Shown: positions 18,030-27,380 of the stretch, piece after piece
Numbering within the stretch: the stretch's first letter is position 1
How the letters are laid out: each line of letters opens with the position of its first letter
NCBI GenBank assembly: GCA_041655695.1
Contig: JBBAEW010000004.1
Span: 1 to 60,448 of the forward strand
Length of the DNA: 60,448 nucleotides
Reading direction: 5' to 3'
Source: Saccharofermentanales bacterium
GTDB taxonomy: Bacteria > Bacillota > Clostridia > Saccharofermentanales > DTU023
The notes under the pieces: model-generated
The model's input: the letters and a program-made list of their open reading frames with translations, nothing else
Told to the model about the DNA's origin: nothing
The model's database searches: none
Program-made: the position numbers and the translations under genes

Positions 18030-18338
18030 ATGGTTTGGGCATTTATTTTCGTCAACGACAGGCCTTGTCCCGAGGTCTTTCACACCGTCCTTGAGCACGA
18101 CGGAGGCACCCTGCTGGTCTACGGAGTCAATACCGTGGAGGAAGGCGGCATCCTGTCCAGAAAACTCATGGAAGAAGAAAACTGCAAGTTGATTGAACTT
18201 TGCGGAGGCTTCGGTGCCGACGGCGCACGGCAGGTCATCAAGGCGGTCGGCGGAGCCATTACCGTCGGTCACATCGAGTACCTGCCCGAGACACAGGAAG
18301 CCCTGGACAGACTTCGTGAGGAAGCGGCAGGCCAATAA
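18030..18338 (+). CDS. DUF6506-like protein (single domain)
   Basis: WAFIFV, YGVNTVEEG, LIELCGGFG, VGHIEY. True start is ATG 18030 (or TTG 18024) after AAAGGA, not the track start 17829. Confidence 0.7.
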   Translation: MVWAFIFVNDRPCPEVFHTVLEHDGGTLLVYGVNTVEEGGILSRKLMEEENCKLIELCGGFGADGARQVIKAVGGAITVGHIEYLPETQEALDRLREEAAGQ

Positions 18339-18383
18339 AAGGGTCCGCTTCCAAGCAGAGAATCATGGAGGATCGATTCAATT

Positions 18384-19250
18384 ATGCATACACAGTTTGA
18401 GTACGACCGCCCCGCTTCAAAGACCGAGCTCTTCGAGCTTCTGGACGGCTTTGGGGAAGGCGCGGCTCTTTATGCCGGAGGCACCGATCTCCTGGTGCAG
18501 ATCCGTGCCCTGACCCGCAAGCCTGCCCGCCTGATCGATATCAAGGCCATCCCCGACTTCCAGGGTATTCATGAAGAAGATTCCTGGCTGGTAGTGGGTA
18601 GCACCTGCAGTTTTCATGAAATTGAAAACAGCCCCTGCGTCCAGAAATGGGCCAAGCCGTTGGCGGAAGCCGCCTCCCAGGTCGGAAGCGTTCAAATACG
18701 CCTCAAGGGAACCCTGGGCGGCAATGTGCAGACGGCTTCTCCCGCAGGGGACGGCCTCTGCGCCCTGTGGGGCCTGGAGGCTGAACTGGAACTCCTCTCC
18801 GGCTCCGGTTCGCGCAGACTGCCCGTCTCCTCCTTTGTCAAGGGGCCCGGGCGAACGGATCTGCGACCCGGCGAAGTCATCTCCCGCTTCTTCATCCCCA
18901 AACGGGACTGGAGCTACAGCACTTTCTTTAAAGTGGGCCGGCGAAACGCGCTGGCTATCGCCGTCGTAAGCGGCATCCTGGCGCTTGAAGAGAAAGAGGA
19001 TGGGAGCATCGGCGCGGTTAGGATCTGCATGGGGGCCGTCGGTCCCACGCCTTTGCGCCTCCGGGAGGCCGAAGATTACCTGCTGGGTAAAAAAGTCGAT
19101 TCACGGGTCGCGTCGGAAGTCAGCGCTATCGTACAGAAGGGCGTCCAGCCTATTTCGGATGTACGGGCAGGCAAGGAATACCGCGCCTACATTTCTGGCA
19201 TACGAGTCAAGAGGCAACTGCTTGCCTATGCCACAGGGAAAGGGATTTGA
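18384..19250 (+). CDS. Xanthine dehydrogenase/CoxM-family FAD-binding subunit
   Basis: YAGGTDL, VGSVQIRLKGTLGGN, ASPAGD, KVGRRNALAI, PISDVRAGKEYR. Confidence 0.92.
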   Translation: MHTQFEYDRPASKTELFELLDGFGEGAALYAGGTDLLVQIRALTRKPARLIDIKAIPDFQGIHEEDSWLVVGSTCSFHEIENSPCVQKWAKPLAEAASQVGSVQIRLKGTLGGNVQTASPAGDGLCALWGLEAELELLSGSGSRRLPVSSFVKGPGRTDLRPGEVISRFFIPKRDWSYSTFFKVGRRNALAIAVVSGILALEEKEDGSIGAVRICMGAVGPTPLRLREAEDYLLGKKVDSRVASEVSAIVQKGVQPISDVRAGKEYRAYISGIRVKRQLLAYATGKGI

Positions 19251-19723
19251 AAATGAGTGTGTCCTTTATTTTAAACGGGAAGCCGGTCACCTCCCATGCA
19301 GCGGCCAACACAACGCTGCTTGAAGTGCTGCGTGAGGAAATGCTTCTGACGGGTGTCAAAAAGGGCTGTGAGACCGGCGAATGCGGGGCCTGCACGGTCC
19401 TTGTCAACGGCGATAACCTCAACTCCTGCATGATGCTGATCGGCGAAGTCGAAGGCAAGGAGATCCTGACCATCGAGGGCCTGGCCCAGGACGGCGAGCT
19501 CGATTTCATCCAGCGGGCATTCGCGGAAAAAGGCGCAGTCCAGTGTGGTTTTTGCACACCGGGCATGATCCTGTCCGTCAAGGGGCTGCTCAACCGCAAC
19601 CCCAACCCCACACGCCATGACATTCAGGTTGCCCTGGCAGGCAATCTTTGCCGCTGCACAGGCTACGAACAAATTCTGGAAGCGGTTGAATATGCCATTG
19701 AATGGAGGGAGAGCCATGCATAA
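19247..19723 (+). CDS. Xanthine dehydrogenase/CoxS-family 2x[2Fe-2S] subunit
   Basis: GCETGECGACTV, QCGFCTPG, GNLCRCTGY. Alternative ATG at 19253. Confidence 0.95.
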   Translation: MKMSVSFILNGKPVTSHAAANTTLLEVLREEMLLTGVKKGCETGECGACTVLVNGDNLNSCMMLIGEVEGKEILTIEGLAQDGELDFIQRAFAEKGAVQCGFCTPGMILSVKGLLNRNPNPTRHDIQVALAGNLCRCTGYEQILEAVEYAIEWRESHA

Positions 19724-21938
19724 GACCATTCCCTTCCGAAGCGATGCCATCGACAAGGTGACGGGGGCTGCCCAATACAGCGCCGACTTCCCCATGGCCG
19801 GCATACTTCATGCCAAAGTACTCTGGCCGCCCGTTCCCAGCGCCCGCATCATCAAAATTGACACGTCAGAAGCTGAGAAGGCGCCCGGCCTTGTCCGGAT
19901 CATTACCCGGAAAGATATCACCGGCCCCAATCTGAGCGGCATGTATTTCGTCTATGACCGGCCCATCCTGGTCGGTGAAGGTGAAGTGGTCCGCTTTATC
20001 GGCGATGCCCTGGCTCTGGTTGTTGCCAGAACCGAGGACGAAGCTTCCCGGGCCCGGGACCTGATCCGGGTGGAATACGAAGAAATTCCCACTCCCTACG
20101 ATGTGGACCAGGCCCTTGCCATGGGCAGAGAGCCGGACGGCATTCAGGAGCGCAATAAGGGTGACATCGATGAGGGCTTTGCCCAGGCGGCTGTCATCCA
20201 GGAAGAATCCTACGATATCCCCTACTACGAGCATGCCCATATTGAACCGGAAGCCGGCTACGCTTACATCGAAAACAACGGGACCATCGCTGTCTGCGTC
20301 GGGACCCAGGATATCACCCAGAACCATCGTATGGCCTGCCGGGCCCTGGACCTGCCCTTCAGCAAGGTCCGCCTCTACTCCCCCTACGTGGGCGGCGGCT
20401 TTGGCGGCAAACACAGTATGTCCATCCAACCCTATCTGGTTCTCATGGGCCATGTCCTCCAGAAGCCGGTCCGCCTGGTCTGGACCAGGGAAGAATCCTT
20501 GAGCTACGGCTGCAAAAGACAGAGAGTCTTCGCCAAAGCCCGCATGGGCCTGGATCAGGAAGGCCGTATCTGTGCCTTCAAGGTTGACATCGACATGCCC
20601 GTGGGCGCTTACTTCGGCAACTACGAGGGCGCCATGGGGTCGGTCATCGCCGGGCTTTTCGGCGGCTACCGCTTCAGCAATGTCCAGGTCAAGGGCCGCA
20701 TGTTCAAGACCGGGACCTCCGAGATCGGCTCCTTCCGGGGAGTGGGCACGCCGGACGGCTCCTTCATCGTTGAGACCATGATCGACAAATGCGCCCATGC
20801 CCTGGGTATGGATCCCCTGACCGTCCGCTCCCGCAACTGGATGCAGGAGAACGAGGAGTTCGCCGGCCAGATTGAAGGCGCCTTCTCCCGCAATGTCTCC
20901 GAAAAATGGCTGGCCAAAGAAACCATGGACGCGGCCCTGGAGGCTGCCGGCCCCCTGGCCCCTGCCCGGCCCGGCAAGAAGGTGGGCAGAGGCCTGGCCA
21001 ATGCGGCGCCGGCCTTCGCCGTGGGCAATTCCGATCTCCATAAGGGGTCTTCCGCCGAACTGCTCATGTTCCTGGACGGAACCCTGGTTGTCAAAATCGG
21101 CTTCCCGGAAATCGGCGAAGGGATCTCAGGTGTAGCCACCAGCCTGGCCGCCCACGTCATGGGCATCCCCGAAGATCGGGTCAATGTCATCTTCGGCGAC
21201 AGCCACAAGGTGCCCCGGGCCGGTGCCCTGGGCTTCTCCCAGGCCACTGTGACAGGCGGTAACGCCGTCCTGGACGCAGGCGAAAAACTCAAGGCCCATC
21301 TGGCCCAGATCGCCCGCGAGTACCTGAAGAGTGACGATGAGAGCATCTACTTCAGGAACCACGCCTTCTTCGACGGTAGCGGCAAACAGGTCCTTGACTG
21401 GGATACCTTCTCCGACTACTGCTACAACGATGTCCGCACCCTGTCCGCGACAGGCTGCGTTGTCGGCCCGCCCGAGGATTGGAACCTCTACGGTGTAACC
21501 ACCGTCGCCACGGTGGCCGATGTGGAAGTGGATGAGGAAACAGGTGATGTCCATATCCTGCAACTGATCACAGCCCATGACATCGGCAAGGCCATCAACT
21601 GGGAGAGCGCGCGCGGCCAGATCGTCGGCGCCGCTTCCATGAGCGCCGGCATGTTCCTCATGGAGGAATTCATCATGGATCAGGGCCGGGTGGTCACCCC
21701 CTCCTTCTCCGAGTACCTGCTCCCCACCTCCCTTGATATGCCCGGCAAAAATGAGGCAGTCTTCCTGGAAGGCAACCTGGGCCTGGGCTGCCCCCTGGGC
21801 GCCAAGGGCGTGGGTGAACACGGCATGCACGGGACGGCGGCAGCCATTGCCAACGCCATCTACCAGGCAACAGGTGCCCTTCACACCTCCCTGCCCGTAA
21901 CGCCTGAAAAGGTTCTCAAGAGCCTGGGCAAGATCTAG
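19716..21938 (+). CDS. Xanthine oxidase-family molybdopterin-binding subunit (substrate unknown)
   Basis: ATG 19716 after GGAGGGAG. DKVTGAAQY, EHAHIEP, VGGGFGGK, SFRGVG, AHDIGKAIN, GQIVG, GAKGVGE (catalytic Glu). Confidence 0.92.
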   Translation: MHKTIPFRSDAIDKVTGAAQYSADFPMAGILHAKVLWPPVPSARIIKIDTSEAEKAPGLVRIITRKDITGPNLSGMYFVYDRPILVGEGEVVRFIGDALALVVARTEDEASRARDLIRVEYEEIPTPYDVDQALAMGREPDGIQERNKGDIDEGFAQAAVIQEESYDIPYYEHAHIEPEAGYAYIENNGTIAVCVGTQDITQNHRMACRALDLPFSKVRLYSPYVGGGFGGKHSMSIQPYLVLMGHVLQKPVRLVWTREESLSYGCKRQRVFAKARMGLDQEGRICAFKVDIDMPVGAYFGNYEGAMGSVIAGLFGGYRFSNVQVKGRMFKTGTSEIGSFRGVGTPDGSFIVETMIDKCAHALGMDPLTVRSRNWMQENEEFAGQIEGAFSRNVSEKWLAKETMDAALEAAGPLAPARPGKKVGRGLANAAPAFAVGNSDLHKGSSAELLMFLDGTLVVKIGFPEIGEGISGVATSLAAHVMGIPEDRVNVIFGDSHKVPRAGALGFSQATVTGGNAVLDAGEKLKAHLAQIAREYLKSDDESIYFRNHAFFDGSGKQVLDWDTFSDYCYNDVRTLSATGCVVGPPEDWNLYGVTTVATVADVEVDEETGDVHILQLITAHDIGKAINWESARGQIVGAASMSAGMFLMEEFIMDQGRVVTPSFSEYLLPTSLDMPGKNEAVFLEGNLGLGCPLGAKGVGEHGMHGTAAAIANAIYQATGALHTSLPVTPEKVLKSLGKI

Positions 21939-21955
21939 GCAGGCCCCACAGACAA

Positions 21956-21995
21956 AAAAGAACCTCCGCCGTCACCTGACAGCGGAGGTTCTTTT
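21956..21995. terminator. Bidirectional intrinsic terminator
   Basis: AAAAGAACCTCCGC...GCGGAGGTTCTTTT between convergent genes. Confidence 0.85.
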
Positions 21996-22012
21996 ATTTG
22001 AATGCTTTGGCC

Positions 22013-23041
22013 TTAGCGCTGGACCCGGCCTGATCCATCTCCGCCAACCAGGGCCTGGACTTCTTCCAGGCTGACCCGGTTGAAGTCTCCCTCGATGGTG
22101 TGCTTGAGGCAGCTGGCCGCCACGGCGAATTCAAGGGCATCCTGCTTGTCTTCAAAAGTGTTGAGGCCGTAGATGATGCCTGCGGCAAAGGAGTCCCCGC
22201 TCCCCACCCGGTCGACGATATCCCGGATCTGGTACTTGCTGCTGGTGTAGAAGCGTGTCCGGTCATGCAGGCAGGCAGACCAGTTATTGTGGTCAGCCCC
22301 CCTGCTCTCCCGCATGGTGACGGCTATGACCCGCAGGTTGGGGTAGGAGTCCAGCACCTTGAGGCACAAAGCCTCGTAGACGGAAAGATCCAGCTGCCCT
22401 GAGGCCACATCGGCCTCCACATGGATACCAAGTGAATTCTGACAGTCTTCCTCATTGGCGATGCAGACATCAATACCCGCTACCAGCTCCGGCATGACGT
22501 CCAATACGGATTTTCCATACTTCCACAGGGCTTTGCGGTGATTGAGATCCATGGAGATCTGGACACCCAGTTTCTTAGCCGCTTGCAGGGCTTCAAAGCT
22601 AAGATCTGCGGCCGACTGGCTGAGAGCAGGTGTAATCCCTGTCATGTGAAGCCAGGAGGCCCCGTCCAGGACCCGGGCCCAATCAATGGTTCCCCTGGGC
22701 GCCAGGGCGACGGCGCTGTTTTCCCGGTCGTAGAGTACTTTGGAAGCCCGCTGGTTGGAGCCTCTCTCGACAAAATAGGTTCCCATGCGGCCCGGGGTAA
22801 AAACGATCTGTGATGTATCCACACCGAATTTTCGCAATTCCGCACGGCAGGCGTACCCCAGGGCATTGTCGGGCAGGACGGTCACGTAGGCTGAATCCAG
22901 TCCGTAATTAGCCAGAGAGACAGCCACATTGGCTTCGCCGCCGCCGAAGGTGGCAGTCAGATTCTCAGTCTGGAGCAGGCGCTCATGGCCGGGAGGCATC
23001 AGGCGCAGCATGATCTCTCCGAAAGCTAAAAACCTCTTCAT
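22013..23041 (-). CDS. kdgK: 2-keto-3-deoxygluconate kinase (PfkB family)
   Basis: [50 protein letters not shown] terminus; adjacent to eda. Confidence 0.88.
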   Translation of the reverse strand: MKRFLAFGEIMLRLMPPGHERLLQTENLTATFGGGEANVAVSLANYGLDSAYVTVLPDNALGYACRAELRKFGVDTSQIVFTPGRMGTYFVERGSNQRASKVLYDRENSAVALAPRGTIDWARVLDGASWLHMTGITPALSQSAADLSFEALQAAKKLGVQISMDLNHRKALWKYGKSVLDVMPELVAGIDVCIANEEDCQNSLGIHVEADVASGQLDLSVYEALCLKVLDSYPNLRVIAVTMRESRGADHNNWSACLHDRTRFYTSSKYQIRDIVDRVGSGDSFAAGIIYGLNTFEDKQDALEFAVAASCLKHTIEGDFNRVSLEEVQALVGGDGSGRVQR

Positions 23042-23043
23042 GG

Positions 23044-23718
23044 TCACGCCTCCTTCTTTTCTTGCAGAAAGGCCTCCAGAGCCTTCTTGTACTTGCGGGC
23101 TTCATGGGCAATGAAGGCATAGTCCCCGGCCGCGATCCTGGCGGCATTGACCAGATTGCCGCCTATCCCTGCACCGGCGCAGCCGGCGGCAAGATAATCC
23201 GCCATATTCTCTGCCGTGATCCCGCCCGTTGCCATAAGGGGGATGTGGCCCAGGGGGCCGCGCACAGCTTTGATGTAAGCCGGACCCATCTGGCTGGCAG
23301 GAAAAAGCTTGACCATGTCTGCCCCGGCCCGGTAAGCAGCCGTGATTTCAGACGGCGTCAGGGCACCGGGGATGGAGAGGACACCCAGCTCCTTGGTCCT
23401 CTGGATGACGGCGGGATTGGTATCAGGCGAGATCAGGTATTCAGCCCCGGCTTCAATGGCGGCCTCCGCGTCCTGGACAGAAAGGACCGTCCCCACACCG
23501 AAGTTTGCCCTGCCGGAAAAGCGGCTGCGAAGGATATCAAGGGATTGGGCAATGACCTCGCGGGCCTGCGGGTCCTTTTGATCCAGGGTAATCTCGATCA
23601 GGCGGATCCCCCCCTCGATCAGCTGTTCCGTGACCGGCACCAGATCCGCCTGGCTGATGCCGCGGATAATCGCCACAATCTTCTCTTTCCTGATTAAATC
23701 CATCAATCCTTGGTCCAT
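23044..23718 (-). CDS. eda: KDPG/KHG aldolase
   Basis: [41 protein letters not shown] 23718 after AAAGAGGAG. Confidence 0.92.
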   Translation of the reverse strand: MDQGLMDLIRKEKIVAIIRGISQADLVPVTEQLIEGGIRLIEITLDQKDPQAREVIAQSLDILRSRFSGRANFGVGTVLSVQDAEAAIEAGAEYLISPDTNPAVIQRTKELGVLSIPGALTPSEITAAYRAGADMVKLFPASQMGPAYIKAVRGPLGHIPLMATGGITAENMADYLAAGCAGAGIGGNLVNAARIAAGDYAFIAHEARKYKKALEAFLQEKKEA

Positions 23719-23916
23719 AGACTGCTCCTCTTTCCTTTGCTTGAATGCGTCCGGGTAAAGATGTTCCCCGCATTCTTTCCTCAACCTCATCAGGGAGGTT
23801 TTTTCCTGTAAAGAACAAGGCAAGCCGGAAACCCGATGCCGGGCCGCGCAAAAAGAGCCGCGACGCCAGGGCTACCCTTGTGTTTTCGTCACAGCCGGCC
23901 GGTCGTCAGGAGGGCC

Positions 23917-25077
23917 CTAATCATCCGGAGTTGTGCTGGTGGTGGTCGTTGGCGGCTCGGTGGTCGTCGTTGTTGTCGGTTCCGAAACGGTTGTCGTCGT
24001 TGTTGTTGTCGTCGGCGGATCGGTTTCCGTCGGCTCGGGCAGCTTGTCGACTACGTGGATCCGGGTTCGGATCTCCTCGACGGAGCCGTCCGGATAAACA
24101 ACCAGGATAAAGACCGTCCTCAGGACGGGCACCGAAACATTGGGAGTGTGCAGGTAGCGGTAGGTCGTGCCGGCAGGGAGATCGCCCTTGTTGCCGATGA
24201 TTTCAGCCGGGTCGGGCAGCTGGCCGACCAGGGTGTAAGGCTGAATCCCGATAGGCTTGTACTGCCAGGCCATATTGTTTTTTTCTCTTTGACGATAAGG
24301 ATTGGCAGGATCCATATCGGTCGGATCCCAGCCATTGCCCAGGAAGGCGGACGGATTGGCAGGGGCTTCAGGGAGCCTATAATCCTTGCTGCTCTGGAAG
24401 ATATAAACGGGCATGCCCCGGTGAATGTTCTCCTGAATGAAGATGGCGTCCCGGACGGAAAGCCGGATACAGCCGTTGGAGGTGGTCGACTTGCCCAGAA
24501 CGTTATAGCCGCCCAGGTTGAAGCGGCTCTTGTCCAGGGGCACTGCCCTGCCGTCCGCGTCTTCGTAGTAGGTGTAGGGCTGCGAATGGAAGAAGAGATC
24601 GCCTGCCACATGGGTGGCATGGCGGACCCAAACATTGCCGTCCTTGGTGAAAAGCAACTGCTTAGCTGTGTAGCCGGACAGGATGAATGGCTTATCCGGC
24701 GGGGTCGTAGGGGTTGTTCCCTTGACCTTGCCCGTCGAGATCCGAAGGGATACCTCGGGGAGGGATCTGCCTTCTTCTATGGTATGAAAGAAGACAACCC
24801 GCTGGATATCCAAAAAGACGATCATATGGGAGAAGTGGTGGACAACCTCCGGCTCCGAAGTCGTAGTCGTGGTCGTAGTTGTCTCCGTGGTGGTCGTCGG
24901 CCTGGCCGTGGTCGTCGAAGTCTCCGTCCTGGCTTCCGTGGAGGGAGGCGTCAGATCAAAGCCTTCAGTGGGGGGTCTGACCGACCGTCCGTAAGCAAAA
25001 GCAAAGATGCCCGTTGCCATGAAGAGAACGGTCACCATCAAGATGAGGAATACTTTCCAGCCCGCAAGGTATTTCAT
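23917..25077 (-). CDS. L,D-transpeptidase (YkuD) family protein with Thr-rich linkers and a Rib-like domain
   Basis: N-terminal TM/signal, ISTGK...TP, FFHSQPY...LGKSTTSNGCIRL (His...Cys catalytic motif), DLPAGTTY...VVYPDGS Rib-like repeat. Confidence 0.8.
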   Translation of the reverse strand: MKYLAGWKVFLILMVTVLFMATGIFAFAYGRSVRPPTEGFDLTPPSTEARTETSTTTARPTTTTETTTTTTTTSEPEVVHHFSHMIVFLDIQRVVFFHTIEEGRSLPEVSLRISTGKVKGTTPTTPPDKPFILSGYTAKQLLFTKDGNVWVRHATHVAGDLFFHSQPYTYYEDADGRAVPLDKSRFNLGGYNVLGKSTTSNGCIRLSVRDAIFIQENIHRGMPVYIFQSSKDYRLPEAPANPSAFLGNGWDPTDMDPANPYRQREKNNMAWQYKPIGIQPYTLVGQLPDPAEIIGNKGDLPAGTTYRYLHTPNVSVPVLRTVFILVVYPDGSVEEIRTRIHVVDKLPEPTETDPPTTTTTTTTVSEPTTTTTTEPPTTTTSTTPDD

Positions 25078-25322
25078 AAGCAGGTATCCATTTTCTCTAT
25101 TTCAAGGGGTGGTTCACAAAGACCTGACCCCTGAACGACGCTTGTCCACACCAAAAATACCACAGTCAAGCCCTGCAAGTAAGGCACATATATTACAAAT
25201 AGAAAGCCTTGGAAGGCAGGACTCTATGGTATGATGTACCAGAATTTTACTGCCCGGCGGTATCCGGACGTCAGAGGAGACGGCGGCCGGACCTGGGAAG
25301 AGTTGAAAGAGGTGGCATCATC

Positions 25323-26285
25323 ATGTTCTACCGCAGAAGCGACGGGACGCTCGTGCGCGACACGCGTGACCCCATCGGCGATATCATGCCCTACATCATG
25401 CGGGGAAGAAATGAATCAGCCGTCTATTACAGCAAGTCCTATTGTGTTGAAACCATCCAGCAATACATCCGCGAACAGAGGAAAAAAGGCACCCGGATCA
25501 CCGTTTTCAACATTATTTCTGCTGCCTGCCTTCACACCTTCCTGCGCCGGCCCCATCTCAACCGTTTCGTAGCCGGCCGAAGGCTCTACCAGCACAACTC
25601 CTTTGACATCCTCTATGTAGTCAAGACCTCCATGACGGATGATGGGATTGAATCCATCGCCCGCGTCCGTTTCGACGAGGATGACACTCTGGCTTCGGTC
25701 CGCGACAAGATGGCCGAGAGCGTGGACGAGATCAAGGGGACGGAAGGCAAGGAGGATGACCGCTTCATCGGCCTGGTTACCAAGCTGCCCCGTTTCCTCA
25801 AACGGTTCATCATCTCCCTGGCCCGGGTCCTGGATTTCCACGGCATGATGCCCAAGTCCCTCATGGAGCTGATCCCTCTTTACTCCTCGATTTTTATTTC
25901 CCATATGGGCAGCATCGGCGGCGACGCCATGTTCCATCACCTCTATGAGTTCGGAACAACCTCCGTTTTTTGCGCCATCGGAAGAATCTATCTGAAGCCC
26001 TATCGGGATATCCGGACCGAAGAGGTCGTGTGGAAAAAGACCATTGACCTCAACATCACTCTGGATGAGCGGATCTGTGACGGCTTCTATTTCATCAAGA
26101 GCCTGGAGCTTTTCGACTCCTTCTTCGAGAACCCCGCCCTGCTGGAACTGACCCCCAAAGAGGCCATGGCAGAAGCAGAACGGGCTAAGGCTGAGAGGGA
26201 ACAGCGGGCCAGGGACAAGCAGGCAGGCAATATGGAAGATTATTGGGAAGAGATGATGGAGCATCCCTCGGAAGGCGATCAGTAG
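25323..26285 (+). CDS. Stand-alone 2-oxoacid dehydrogenase E2/CAT-like acyltransferase catalytic domain
   Basis: LNRFVAGRRLYQ, SIFISHMGSIG, HHLYEFGT, TLDERICDG; no lipoyl domain. ATG 25323 after AGAGGTGG. Confidence 0.75.
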   Translation: MFYRRSDGTLVRDTRDPIGDIMPYIMRGRNESAVYYSKSYCVETIQQYIREQRKKGTRITVFNIISAACLHTFLRRPHLNRFVAGRRLYQHNSFDILYVVKTSMTDDGIESIARVRFDEDDTLASVRDKMAESVDEIKGTEGKEDDRFIGLVTKLPRFLKRFIISLARVLDFHGMMPKSLMELIPLYSSIFISHMGSIGGDAMFHHLYEFGTTSVFCAIGRIYLKPYRDIRTEEVVWKKTIDLNITLDERICDGFYFIKSLELFDSFFENPALLELTPKEAMAEAERAKAEREQRARDKQAGNMEDYWEEMMEHPSEGDQ

Positions 26286-26288
26286 ATT

Positions 26289-27344
26289 TCAGGGAGTGAA
26301 GACCCGCGCCTCCTCCTGACCCAGCATAACCCGCAAGGCTCCGCCTGCCAGGGCTTCCATCTCCAATTCCCCCGGATAGACGTAAACCGGCGCCATGAAT
26401 GCCACCCGCTCTCGGATAGCCTCCGTGACCCTCTCTGATCTGGCCATACCCCCCGTCAAAATGATGGCGCGGACCTGGCCCTTGACAACCGTGGCCAGGC
26501 CGCCGATGGCCTTGGCCGTCTGGTAGGCAATTCCCTCATAGAGCAGGGCCGCATAGGCGTCACCCTGCCGGGCCTGCTCCTCTACGGCCAGGGCGTCACT
26601 GGAACCGGTATAGGAGATCAGGCCGCCCGTCCCCGTGGCGTACCGGTAGAGGGCATCGATCCCTTCCTGGCGGGCGATCCGGACGGCGGCAAAAACCGGC
26701 AGGCCGCCTGCCCGCTCGGTCGAGAAGGGGCCTTCGTCGGCCGACACGATATCAATCAATGAGCCTCCTGATTGCAGATTCAAGGAAATACCGCCCCCCA
26801 GATGGGCGACGATTACGTTGACGTCCTCCAGGTCGAAGCCTTCCTGGTCGGCAATCCGGCGGGCAACGGCCCGTGTATTGAGAACATGGGAGAAACTCCT
26901 CCTGTCCTGACCCTTGACGCCCGAAAGCCGGGCGACCGGAGGCAGTTCATCGACCGAAACTGAATCATAGATAAAGGCAGGAATCGAGGTTCCCTCCGTC
27001 AGCTGGTAGGCGATCCCGGCGCCCAAATTGGAAGCGTGCTCTTCAGCCGGATGGTCAAGGAGCGTCTCAACCAGCTGAGGGTCGACCCGGTAGGCGCCGT
27101 GCATGACCGGGGGCAGCATGCCCCCTCTTGCCACAACCACATCGAGTCCTGAAGGCTCCATGCCCTGCCGGCCAAGAAAGTCCCGAACTCTCGCAACACG
27201 CATGGACAGCTGGTCCCGGATGGAGTAAAACCCGGCAAGTTCCGTGTGGGGATGGTTGATCTTCTCCTCCCCTACTGGCTTGAAATCCTCAAAGAGGGCC
27301 ACCTTGGTGGAAGTCGAACCGGGGTTGATGACCAGAATCTTCAT
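26289..27344 (-). CDS. buk: Butyrate (branched-chain carboxylate) kinase
   Basis: ILVINPGSTSTK, RGG, HASNLG, HVLN, AHLGGGIS, EGPFSTERAG, YPGELEMEALA. Confidence 0.95.
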   Translation of the reverse strand: MKILVINPGSTSTKVALFEDFKPVGEEKINHPHTELAGFYSIRDQLSMRVARVRDFLGRQGMEPSGLDVVVARGGMLPPVMHGAYRVDPQLVETLLDHPAEEHASNLGAGIAYQLTEGTSIPAFIYDSVSVDELPPVARLSGVKGQDRRSFSHVLNTRAVARRIADQEGFDLEDVNVIVAHLGGGISLNLQSGGSLIDIVSADEGPFSTERAGGLPVFAAVRIARQEGIDALYRYATGTGGLISYTGSSDALAVEEQARQGDAYAALLYEGIAYQTAKAIGGLATVVKGQVRAIILTGGMARSERVTEAIRERVAFMAPVYVYPGELEMEALAGGALRVMLGQEEARVFTP

Positions 27345-27380
27345 GAAAGAGGCTGCCTTTCTTCATTTAAGTCCTTGACT

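Noticed and set aside
27346..27358. AAAGAGGCTGCCT identical to the left arm of the 42151 hairpin
   Set aside because: It is only a half site with no partner arm, lying in the buk RBS region; probably chance.
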